Part shown: one piece after another, positions 16,223 to 23,976 of the stretch
How positions within the stretch are numbered: position 1 is the first letter of the stretch
Layout: each line of letters opens with the position of its first letter
DNA from: an uncultured Clostridium sp.
GTDB lineage: Bacteria > Bacillota > Clostridia > Oscillospirales > CAG-272
Assembly (NCBI GenBank): GCA_964501175.1
Contig: CAZCRV010000001.1
Coordinates: forward strand, 1 to 37,945
Reading direction: 5' to 3'
Length of the DNA stretch: 37,945 nt
The notes under the pieces: model-generated
Seen by the model: the letters and a program-made list of their open reading frames with translations, nothing else
Databases searched by the model: none
What the model was told of the DNA's origin: nothing
Translations under genes and position numbers: made by a program

Positions 16223-16891
16223 TTACAGACTCTCAAGCACGCTGATCAAGCGGGATGCGATGATCTCGTGACCTGCGTCGTTGGGGTGCAGGCCGTCTGG
16301 GCAATATGCTATGCGGTGCGCCTCCAGCTCGGGGCAAATAGAGCCTGCCGCGTAGAGGTCGCAAACGGGCAGGGAATAGTATTCTGCTGCCTGTCTGATG
16401 ATGTCTACGTAATCCTTGAGAATGGTGGTCTGCGTGACGCTGCCGTCACGCGAGGTGCGGGTCTGAGGAACGTACTCGTACCAGCGGTGCAGAGGGGTGA
16501 CTACCACGATGGGGCAGGTGGGGTACTTTGCGATCAGCGTCGAGAACAGGTCGTGGCACGCGCCCCAGAAGGTCTCGGGGGTACGGTCGTCGGGCGTGCC
16601 CAGGAGTGCCTGGCCGTGACCAAAATCGTTTGTGCCGCCAAAGACAACGATGGCGTCCGCCTTTTCGGGCATATCCCCCACGCGCGTGATAAAGTGCGCG
16701 TTGAATTCGGGGATTTCCAGGGGCGTGTAGCGGTCAGCCAAGCAAGTGCCACCGATACCAAAGTTATTCGCCTCTGCCAAGCCGCAACGCTGCTTGATCA
16801 GCTGGTGATATACCTTGTCGGGTGCGCTGGGGCCGTATCCCTGCGTGATGCTGTCGCCCAAAAAGTGAATGATTTTTCCTTGCAGTTCCAT
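16223..16891 (-). CDS. SGNH/GDSL-family hydrolase (esterase)
   Basis: GGAGG lies 5 nt before the ATG. Block I FLGDSITQG, block III FGGTNDFG, block V DGLHPNDAGH. Confidence 0.8.
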   Translation of the reverse strand: MELQGKIIHFLGDSITQGYGPSAPDKVYHQLIKQRCGLAEANNFGIGGTCLADRYTPLEIPEFNAHFITRVGDMPEKADAIVVFGGTNDFGHGQALLGTPDDRTPETFWGACHDLFSTLIAKYPTCPIVVVTPLHRWYEYVPQTRTSRDGSVTQTTILKDYVDIIRQAAEYYSLPVCDLYAAGSICPELEAHRIAYCPDGLHPNDAGHEIIASRLISVLESL

Positions 16892-16935
16892 GCCTGCCTC
16901 CGTTCTGCCGTGTCCGGCACAAAATTTCTAATTCC

Positions 16936-16964
16936 ATTATACCACCGATCCGTCACCGTGTCAA
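16936..16964 (-). promoter_or_regulatory. consensus sigma-A promoter for the SGNH hydrolase gene
   Basis: On the minus strand: TTGACA (16964-16959), 17-nt spacer, TATAAT (16941-16936). Confidence 0.65.
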
Positions 16965-17000
16965 CGAAATTCTTAATATCTTAATTGTCGGCCAAATTGC

Positions 17001-17029
17001 TTGTGAAGTCATGGCCACGGTGCTATAAT
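17001..17029 (+). promoter_or_regulatory. sigma-A promoter for the YwaF-like gene
   Basis: TTGTGA (17001-17006), 17-nt spacer ending in TGC (extended -10), TATAAT (17024-17029). Confidence 0.55.
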
Positions 17030-17064
17030 GATGACGAAACCACACGAAAGAAGGCGAAAGTGCA

Positions 17065-17853
17065 GTGATTGATGCTTTTTTGGAAAAGTTTATTGAAATG
17101 ACCGCGTGGGAAATGACCAAACCCAAGGCTTACGGGCCTTTTCATCTTATTTTTACATTTGTTGGCCTTGCCGTCTCGCTGCTTGCGGCCTACCTTTTGC
17201 GCAAGACGGGCGAGAAGGGCAACCGTATCGTGCTGTTTTCCTCGGGCGCGTTTTTGATGCTGACCGAGGTGTATAAGCAGCTTTTTTACTTTTATCACAT
17301 GGAGGACCACGCGTATAACTGGGGCATTTTCCCGTTCCAGCTGTGCTCGGTGCCCATGTATCTGTGTGTCATCGCGGCATTTTTAAAGCCGGGCAAGCTG
17401 CGCGACGGCATGTATGGGTTTATGACCACCTTCAATCTGCTTGGCGGCATCATGGCGTTTATCGAGCCGTCGGGCATTGTGCACGGACATTGGACCTTGA
17501 CCATTCACGCATTCGTCTGGCACATGATGCTGATCTTTATCGGCGCGTATCTGATCGCGTCGGGGCGCTTTGCCAAGACCTGGAAGGATTACCGCGCGGC
17601 GGTATTTACGTTTTTGGCGTTGGCCGTGCTGGCATTCTGCATCAACTGCATCTTCTGGAAGGTGTCCGAGGGCGGTATCAACATGTTTTTCGTCGGCCCG
17701 CGCAATTCGTCCCTGATCGTGTTCAAGCAGATCTCCGAGGCAGCGGGATGGTATGTCAGCACGCTCTTGTACCTGCCAACCGTGTGCCTGGGGGCTCTGG
17801 TCGTGTTCCTGCCCGCGCATTTTTATGCCAAGAAAAAGGGAATGATTTCATAA
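17065..17853 (+). CDS. YwaF / TIGR02206-type integral membrane protein
   Basis: 262 aa with about seven hydrophobic helices. The FPFQLCSVPMYL block matches the conserved LPLQLCS motif I recall for this family. GTG start; ATG 17098 is an alternative. Confidence 0.55.
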   Translation: MIDAFLEKFIEMTAWEMTKPKAYGPFHLIFTFVGLAVSLLAAYLLRKTGEKGNRIVLFSSGAFLMLTEVYKQLFYFYHMEDHAYNWGIFPFQLCSVPMYLCVIAAFLKPGKLRDGMYGFMTTFNLLGGIMAFIEPSGIVHGHWTLTIHAFVWHMMLIFIGAYLIASGRFAKTWKDYRAAVFTFLALAVLAFCINCIFWKVSEGGINMFFVGPRNSSLIVFKQISEAAGWYVSTLLYLPTVCLGALVVFLPAHFYAKKKGMIS

Positions 17854-17858
17854 CAAAG

Positions 17859-17929
17859 CGGGAGGCGAAACGCCTCCCCTACGTTCATTTATGCAAAACA
17901 GATTTGTAGGGGAGGCGTTTCGCCTCCCG
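17859..17929. repeat. inverted pair of 25-nt GC-rich palindromic units (REP-like)
   Basis: CGGGAGGCGAAACGCCTCCCCTACG (17859-17883) is the exact reverse complement of CGTAGGGGAGGCGTTTCGCCTCCCG. The second unit, TGTAGGGGAGGCGTTTCGCCTCCCG (17905-17929), matches that reverse complement at every position except its first base. Each unit is itself a hairpin. Confidence 0.7.
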
Positions 17930-17935
17930 TTTTTT
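17905..17935 (+). terminator. intrinsic terminator for the YwaF-like gene (second unit of the pair)
   Basis: GGGAGGCG-TTT-CGCCTCCC followed by GTTTTTT. Confidence 0.65.
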
Positions 17936-18428
17936 ATGAAAACAATATCATCGAAAAATAGGTCACGGTCTGCGGGCCGTTGTTGTAGCGCAGGCCGCAG
18001 GCACGGGAAAGCGCGCCCGCGTCAACGCCGCAGGCCTCCATGGAGCGGTGCACGCGCTCGGGAAAGCGGCAGGGCGCGTCGGGATAGGTGCAGGCCTTGC
18101 AAAGGCTGCAGCCGCCCGCGCTGTAAAGCAGGTGAGGAATGCCCTGTGCCCGCAGCGCATCGGCCAGCGCACGGTCAAGCTGCTTGTGCAGCACGCCCGA
18201 CTGCTGAATTCCCTCGAAATCAAAGTCATCGTCTAAAGTGTGCTTGGTGGTGAACACCAGCGTGTGCGCATAAGAGCGGCACTCGTCGCGCAATTGCTCC
18301 CATTCGCCCACACCGGGCGGGCAGGTCCAGGTCTTGCCGTAAAGCCCGCAGCGATTGGAGGCGCACATCTCGCGCACGCGCGCGTCAAACGGCACGTCAC
18401 ACGGATCAAGCCATGCAAACTCGTGCAC
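17934..18428 (-). CDS. DUF2284-family predicted metal-binding protein; the start codon is problematic
   Basis: Cys-rich blocks VREMCASNRCGLYGKTWTCPP and AGGCSLCKACTYPDAPC. The first canonical start is GTG 18428, which has no RBS, yet the frame stays open 34 more codons upstream (see findings). Confidence 0.6.
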   Translation of the reverse strand: MHEFAWLDPCDVPFDARVREMCASNRCGLYGKTWTCPPGVGEWEQLRDECRSYAHTLVFTTKHTLDDDFDFEGIQQSGVLHKQLDRALADALRAQGIPHLLYSAGGCSLCKACTYPDAPCRFPERVHRSMEACGVDAGALSRACGLRYNNGPQTVTYFSMILFS

Positions 18429-18518
18429 GGCAAAAGGGAGAGATGGGGCGGATAACAGTTGTTCTAAAAATTCTTTTTGGATATCAATTCTCCGTGAAAA
18501 TACAGAATCATGATGCTT

Positions 18519-18593
18519 TGTAGGGGCGATTCATGAATCGCCCGAATCAAATCAATCCCTATGGCGCGGGCGATTCGTGAATCGCCCCTACGG
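18519..18593. repeat. second inverted pair of GC-rich palindromic units (REP-like)
   Basis: TGTAGGGGCGATTCATGAATCGCCCG (18519-18544) and CGGGCGATTCGTGAATCGCCCCTACGG (18567-18593). Each holds a ~20-nt palindrome, and the two units are inverted copies differing at one position. Confidence 0.7.
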
Positions 18594-18595
18594 AA

Positions 18596-20113
18596 TCAAT
18601 TTTCCGGAAACATCATGTTTTCCATAAAAGATTGACTCCACACCGCGTTGGTGCTCAGCTCCAGCGTCTTGGCATGTGCGGCATCTTTGCCCAACGCGTC
18701 AAGGAGTGCCGGATGGGTCAGAATGCGTACGCAGCCACCCAAGGCCGCATTGCCAACGCTTTGCGTGCGCGTCTTGAAGGCTTCGGGCAAAAGGCCGATG
18801 GCAATGGCCGAATCCACGTTCATGTAGTAGCCAAGGCCGCCCGCAAGGTAAACGTGCGCCAGATCGTCGGGGGAGATGCCTGCGTGCGCGCAAAGCGCAT
18901 CTACACCTGCGCGAATGGCACTCTTGGAAAGCTGAAAGGCACGGACGTCTGCCTGCGTAAGGGCAAGCGGCGTGCCGTTTTGCGTGGTGGCGTAGATAAA
19001 TTGGTCGCCGTCCGTAAAAGCGCCCGTTTCGTCAATGATATCAGCCTCGTAAAGCGCACGGACAAGATCGATCAGACCGCTGCCGCAAATGCCGCGCGCG
19101 GGCGCGTCGCCTACCGTGGAGCAGATCGGGCGGCCGGATTGCATGCGAAACGCGCAAACCGCGCCCGCAACACCGCCCATACCGGTGGCAATGCCTGCGC
19201 CCTCCATGGCGGGGCCTGCCGCAGCCGAGGTGGCGTACAGAGCAGATCCGCGCGCCTTTCCCGTAAACAGAATGATTTCACCGTTGGTTCCAATGTCAAT
19301 CAGCAGCGTGGGCTGCTCGGAGTCGGTCAGATTCACGTGCAGCATGCCTGCCGTCAGATCTCCACCCACAAAGGCGGAAATGCTTGGCAACAGGGTCAGC
19401 GAGCCTGCCGGCAGACCAAGCTGCGCACCGGGTATGGTTTTGGCTTCTGTAAAGGCTGGGGTGAAGGGATAAGCGCCTATGCCTGTGGGAGAAATGCCCG
19501 CAAAAATATGCAGCATGGTGGGGTTGCCCGCCACGGTCATGCGCGCAGCCTTCTTGTCACCAAGCAGCTGCGCAAGCATTTCGCGGATTTTGTCAAGCAG
19601 CGCACTTTGCATTTGCGCAAGCGCCTCGGGTCGGCGCATGACGGCTTCAATGCGGCTGATCACGTCCGCACCGAACGAGGCCTGCGGATTGAGTGCTGAG
19701 GCGGTGTCAAGCACGTTGCCGTTTCGTGTGTCCACCAAGGCGGCCGCCAGCGTGGTGGAGCCGATATCCAGCGCGATACCCAAGAATTGTTCCGGGATGT
19801 CGGAGCTTTGCTTGTCGGTCTGCTTGCCGAAATCGGTCAGGCCGTCGCCCTCGGGTACAGGCAGCAGCACAAATGCATTGCATGCAGCGTAAACGCGGCA
19901 TGCATAATAGTAGCCGTCCTTGTCCGGTACTGCCGGGCGGGTGCATTCGGGATTTTCAAACAGCACGCCCGAGGCAAGCCGTATGCGGCATTTGCCGCAC
20001 TTGCCCTTGCCGCCGCAATCGGCGGTGATAGGATACCCTGCACGTGCCAAGTATGCGGCCACGTTCTGACCGCAGGCAGAGGCGCCGAGTCGGATGCGAA
20101 CTTCTTTGCTCAT
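18596..20113 (-). CDS. reductive activator of corrinoid enzymes (RACE/RamA/AcsV-type: [2Fe-2S] ferredoxin domain + ASKHA ATPase)
   Basis: N-terminal CGGKGKCGKC cluster motif. ASKHA phosphate motifs ALDIGSTTLA and LIDIGTNGE. ATGA overlap with the upstream UroD-family gene. Confidence 0.8.
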   Translation of the reverse strand: MSKEVRIRLGASACGQNVAAYLARAGYPITADCGGKGKCGKCRIRLASGVLFENPECTRPAVPDKDGYYYACRVYAACNAFVLLPVPEGDGLTDFGKQTDKQSSDIPEQFLGIALDIGSTTLAAALVDTRNGNVLDTASALNPQASFGADVISRIEAVMRRPEALAQMQSALLDKIREMLAQLLGDKKAARMTVAGNPTMLHIFAGISPTGIGAYPFTPAFTEAKTIPGAQLGLPAGSLTLLPSISAFVGGDLTAGMLHVNLTDSEQPTLLIDIGTNGEIILFTGKARGSALYATSAAAGPAMEGAGIATGMGGVAGAVCAFRMQSGRPICSTVGDAPARGICGSGLIDLVRALYEADIIDETGAFTDGDQFIYATTQNGTPLALTQADVRAFQLSKSAIRAGVDALCAHAGISPDDLAHVYLAGGLGYYMNVDSAIAIGLLPEAFKTRTQSVGNAALGGCVRILTHPALLDALGKDAAHAKTLELSTNAVWSQSFMENMMFPEN

Positions 20114-21228
20114 ATGCGTATCTCTTTGATCTTTTCTGCGTAGTATTGCACCAGCTCAAACTTGGTGCCGGGCATGAGTCTGTGGTCGGGGCAGGGGATA
20201 AAGCCGCCGAGTGCCGAAAGGCGGGTCAATCGCTCCAGCTCGCGGTCAACGGCTGCCTTGTCAAGGCGCAGGACCGTCTTGTCCATACCGCCCACGCCAA
20301 GCATTCCGCGGCCGTACCTTTGACGTGCGGCCTCGAATTGATCTCCCCAAGTACCGATCTCGATGGGGAACATGACGTTGACGCCGTTTTCGTACCAGGT
20401 CGGCAGCAGCTTGTCGGTCACGCCGTCGCAATCAAGAGAAATGATGTCAATGCCGTAAGCGTGGCAGAGGTCATTTCTCTTTTTGTAGTGCTTGGCGCAA
20501 AGCTCGTCAAAGATCGCAGGAGAGAGCAGGGGACCTGAGTTAAAGCAAATGTCCTCCCAGTAGTGCGCGAAATCGAATTTCGCACCGGTTTTGAGAATCT
20601 CCGCGGCGCACTTGTATTGCATTTCGGCATAAGTGTCCACCAGGTCGGCAAACAGCTCTTCGTCCTCGTCGTACATGAGGTAACTCATGCCTACCACAGA
20701 GACCATGGAGCGGATGTTGCCAAGCACCGAACCAAGGTGCAGACCGATGGGCACGTCGGGGTCGCGCGTGTCGTTGAAAGTTTTGAAATATTCGTAGTTG
20801 ACTCGCTCGGGGCAGAATTGCATTTTCGGGCGATAAAGCGTTTCGAACGCTTCTCTGTCCTTGAGCAGATAATCGTCCTCCGAGGGGATTGAGGTTACGC
20901 CGGGCTTTACGCGCTCGATCAGGCCGTCGTGGTTTTGCACGCGCTGCGTGCCGTCGGGCAACACCTCGAGCACCTTGCGCTCAAACGTGGGGAGCAGACC
21001 GTTGTATGCACCCACGGTGCGATACCAGTTGAAATCCCAGCCAAGGATTTTATCAAGCTCGCTGTCGGCAGCGTTGCCGTCCGCCCAGGAGAGTGCAAGC
21101 TCGTGTGAGATTTGGCCCTGTTCTGCCCATTCGAGCAAAAGCTCGGGCCAGTAGCCAAAGTGTACGGCGGGCATGCGGTCTGCGGGGCGATAGTGCAAAA
21201 TATTCATGGCTCTTTCGCGGTTGGTCAT
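20110..21228 (-). CDS. uroporphyrinogen-decarboxylase (UroD)-superfamily protein, candidate substrate:corrinoid methyltransferase (paralog 3)
   Basis: 372 aa with a TIM-barrel-type pattern. It has SLDCDG and IPCPDHRL where MtaA-type enzymes have zinc ligands. 4-nt overlaps at both ends. Confidence 0.7.
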   Translation of the reverse strand: MTNRERAMNILHYRPADRMPAVHFGYWPELLLEWAEQGQISHELALSWADGNAADSELDKILGWDFNWYRTVGAYNGLLPTFERKVLEVLPDGTQRVQNHDGLIERVKPGVTSIPSEDDYLLKDREAFETLYRPKMQFCPERVNYEYFKTFNDTRDPDVPIGLHLGSVLGNIRSMVSVVGMSYLMYDEDEELFADLVDTYAEMQYKCAAEILKTGAKFDFAHYWEDICFNSGPLLSPAIFDELCAKHYKKRNDLCHAYGIDIISLDCDGVTDKLLPTWYENGVNVMFPIEIGTWGDQFEAARQRYGRGMLGVGGMDKTVLRLDKAAVDRELERLTRLSALGGFIPCPDHRLMPGTKFELVQYYAEKIKEIRI

Positions 21229-22289
21229 GCCTCTCTCCTTTCTTGCGCTGCAAATACGGGGCAGGGGGTGATATTGCCATGTGCGTGCGTGACGCGTGCG
21301 GCGTATTCCTTCAAAAGGGTTACGTAGATCTTGTAGTTTTCGATCGAGACGTCGGGCGGGGTCTGGTGATCCACCGAGGCAATCACCTTGCCGCGCTGCA
21401 GCGAGGGCAAAATGCGTTCAAATTCCGCGCGCATGGCGTCCTTTCCAAATTTCATGCACATTTTATCAAAATGACCGAGAAAGGCCATGTCCGGCTGCTT
21501 GTCAAGATAGGTGGAAACGTCCACGCCCGCCTGTCTTTCCAAAGGGAACATGCCGTCAGCACCCACCTCTGCGTACCAATCCACCGCCATGGTAATGTCA
21601 CCGTCCGAATCGATAAACACGGGAATGCCGTGCTTGTGGATGACGGGAATGATCTTGCGGTAAAAGGGCGCTAAAAACTCGTCAAAGCAGCATTTAGAGA
21701 TCATGGGGCCCGAGTTGTAGCTCATATCCTCGGCAAAGCTCATAAAGTCAAAGTGGAACTGCGAGAAGACATAGTCAAACAGCTCGACCAGCCAGTCGGA
21801 GTAGTCCTCGCACATCTGCTTGTAAAGCTCGGGATAATCGTAAAAGCTGTAAAGGTGATTTTCAATGCCGAACAGCACGCGCGGATACCAGAAAAAGCCC
21901 TCCACCGTAAAAAAGTGCAAGGTGTCTCCGCGCTCGTGCGTGGCGCGCAGCCAATCAAAGTGCGCTGCGGGGATGACCGTACGCACGTCGGGGAACAGCG
22001 TCGGGCGAATGCGAGCCCAATCGTCCTCGTCCTCCATGCAGCCGATTCCCGAGCCGGGAATGACCGTGGGGGAGGCGGGTGTAAAGTAAGATACGCCCGT
22101 CTGCAGGCAGCGGTCAAGGCCGAAATAGCCTTGAATATCGTCCACGCTTGCGCACTTTGCGGGCAATCCCTCCGCGTGCCATCGGCCAAGCGTCAGATGC
22201 CACCAAGGGGCCCATTCGATCATGGGCATGCGGTCAATTTCCTTGCCCGAAAGGTAGCGGGCAAAGCGTTCGGACGCGGTCATACTCAC
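21225..22289 (-). CDS. UroD-superfamily protein, candidate substrate:corrinoid methyltransferase (paralog 2)
   Basis: 354 aa. It has FIDSDGD and SVDHQTPP at the positions of the zinc ligands. 4-nt overlaps at both ends. Confidence 0.7.
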   Translation of the reverse strand: MSMTASERFARYLSGKEIDRMPMIEWAPWWHLTLGRWHAEGLPAKCASVDDIQGYFGLDRCLQTGVSYFTPASPTVIPGSGIGCMEDEDDWARIRPTLFPDVRTVIPAAHFDWLRATHERGDTLHFFTVEGFFWYPRVLFGIENHLYSFYDYPELYKQMCEDYSDWLVELFDYVFSQFHFDFMSFAEDMSYNSGPMISKCCFDEFLAPFYRKIIPVIHKHGIPVFIDSDGDITMAVDWYAEVGADGMFPLERQAGVDVSTYLDKQPDMAFLGHFDKMCMKFGKDAMRAEFERILPSLQRGKVIASVDHQTPPDVSIENYKIYVTLLKEYAARVTHAHGNITPCPVFAAQERREA

Positions 22290-23287
22290 GAAAACGCCTC
22301 CTTTGCCGCTGCGAAAAACGCGTCAATATTCTCCCATTTGGCTGCGGGCGGGATGTCACATCCCGAGGAGAGCACAAAGTGGGGGTATTGCTTGCATTCG
22401 GAAATCAAAGCTTGCACAGCCGCGCGTATGCTCTCGGGTGTGCCGCCCAAAAACTCGCCCGCGGGCGAAATATTGCCGCAAACGGGTCGGTCCGTGGGCA
22501 TTTTGGCAAGCATATCGGCAAGGCTGATCGCGTCGCCAAAGTGATAAGCCGCAGCACCGTTTGCGTAAAGCGAGTCGGTCATGAGCGGCACGTTGGGGCC
22601 GCAGTTGTGGTAGATGACGATAAAGGAATCGTCCTGCACGGCGTCAATGATCCGCTTAACGAAAGGTGCGGAGAATTCTTTCTCCTGCGCGGGAGAGAGC
22701 AGACCCGCAAGCGGTTCTGCCATGACGATCCCGTCAAGCCCCGCCTCTTTGTAGGCAAGGGCATAGTTGATCAGAAAGGGCGTGACCTTTTCCAAGGCTG
22801 CGTAAACGAAATCCTCGTCCGCAATGCAGTTGACCAGCGCCTCGGTGACGTCCATCAGTCGGCCGACCAGCGAAAAAGGACCGATCATGCCAGCAAGCAC
22901 CGGGCGATCGGTTATTTGCGCCTTGGCATCGGCAGCGGCCTTGATATAAAGGCCCGTGCGTGCCGCGCCCACGGCGGGAATATCCAGCGCGCGCGCCTCG
23001 TCCTCATCCGAGATCAGAATGTTTGTCACGGTGGGCACCTCATCCTGCGAGCAGGCCAGCGTGCAGCCAAAGGCCTCAGCCTCGACCGAGAGATCCATCA
23101 TGCAAACGGCGGCTGCGGCGGGCGTGCGCGCAGCAACTGCTAAAATGCCCTCGGTCTGCGTGGCGGCGTCGTGCGTAATGGTGTACACGTCAGCCCCTGT
23201 CAGCTGAGCCGAGGGGAAGGAAAGAAGGGGAAGCGGGTGGCGACTTCCCGGAAGAGCAGCCGCCCATGCTTTCATATCGTATTTCAT
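22286..23287 (-). CDS. MtaA/CmuA-type methylcobamide methyltransferase (UroD superfamily, zinc ligands present)
   Basis: GGAG lies 6 nt before ATG 23287 (the ORF track starts at TTG 23299). Blocks MDLSVEAEAFG, GPFSLVGRL, IVIYHNCG (H-x-C), LSSGCDIPP. Confidence 0.8.
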   Translation of the reverse strand: MKYDMKAWAAALPGSRHPLPLLSFPSAQLTGADVYTITHDAATQTEGILAVAARTPAAAAVCMMDLSVEAEAFGCTLACSQDEVPTVTNILISDEDEARALDIPAVGAARTGLYIKAAADAKAQITDRPVLAGMIGPFSLVGRLMDVTEALVNCIADEDFVYAALEKVTPFLINYALAYKEAGLDGIVMAEPLAGLLSPAQEKEFSAPFVKRIIDAVQDDSFIVIYHNCGPNVPLMTDSLYANGAAAYHFGDAISLADMLAKMPTDRPVCGNISPAGEFLGGTPESIRAAVQALISECKQYPHFVLSSGCDIPPAAKWENIDAFFAAAKEAFS

Positions 23288-23299
23288 AAATTTCTCCAA

Positions 23300-23950
23300 T
23301 TATCCGCGCATTTCAGCAATCAGACGCTTGGCCTCGCGGGCAGCACTTGCAGCGTCCAGCGTGTAGCAGTCCGCACCGATCTCGTCGGCAAATTCCTGCG
23401 TAATGGGCGCACCGCCCACCATCACGCGCACCTTGTCGCGCAGACCCGCTGTGCTCAGCGCGTCAATGACCTCCTTCTGGCCGTACATGGTGGTGGTCAG
23501 AAGTGCGGAAAGGCACACGAGCTGCACGTCGTTGTCGCGCACGGTGTTCACGATGACCTGCGGGTCCACGTCCACGCCAAGGTCAATGCAGGCAATGCCT
23601 TGACCCTCGATCATCATCTTGACCAAGTTCTTACCAATGTCGTGCATGTCGCCCTTGACCGTGCAGATGACTGCCGTGCCGAGCGGCTCGATGCCTGCAC
23701 CCGACAGTGCGGGCTTTAAGATCTTGAGTCCTGCGTTCATGGCGCGTGCGGCAACCAGTACCTCGGGCACAAAGACCTCGTTTTGACGGAACTTGTCACC
23801 GATGACGTTCATGCCGCTGACAAGGCCCTCATTAAGAATGGTTTCGGGGGAGATATTCAACTCAAGAGCTTGGGTGACCAGCACTGCGACGTCCTTGGCC
23901 TTGCCACGCTGCAGCTTTTCGGAAATTTCTTGCAAAAGTGCTGTTTCCAT
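23300..23950 (-). CDS. corrinoid (cobalamin-binding) protein of the MtaC/MtbC/MttC type
   Basis: N-terminal helical cap followed by a Rossmann B12-binding domain with GDMHDIGKNLV (DxHxxG), SALLTTTM (SxL) and MVGGAPI (GG). AAGGAGAAGG lies before the ATG. Confidence 0.85.
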   Translation of the reverse strand: METALLQEISEKLQRGKAKDVAVLVTQALELNISPETILNEGLVSGMNVIGDKFRQNEVFVPEVLVAARAMNAGLKILKPALSGAGIEPLGTAVICTVKGDMHDIGKNLVKMMIEGQGIACIDLGVDVDPQVIVNTVRDNDVQLVCLSALLTTTMYGQKEVIDALSTAGLRDKVRVMVGGAPITQEFADEIGADCYTLDAASAAREAKRLIAEMRG

Positions 23951-23976
23951 AACCTTCTCCTTATACTTTATCGGAT

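Noticed and set aside
18632-19699. 355-aa plus-strand ORF. Similar long antisense ORFs occur at 6369-7382, 22148-23143, 5600-6385, 16211-16984, 35606-36493, 32783-33610, 12962-13642 and 14236-14865.
   Set aside because: All lie opposite genes with strong family motifs and proper RBS/start contexts. Their translations are Arg/Ala/Gly/His-rich and repetitive. I treat them as mirror-frame artefacts.
18596-23950. Checked the corrinoid-module genes for in-frame UAG (pyrrolysine), as occurs in methylamine methyltransferases
   Set aside because: All five ORFs are uninterrupted, and no MttB/MtbB/MtmB-type gene is present. There is no evidence for recoding.
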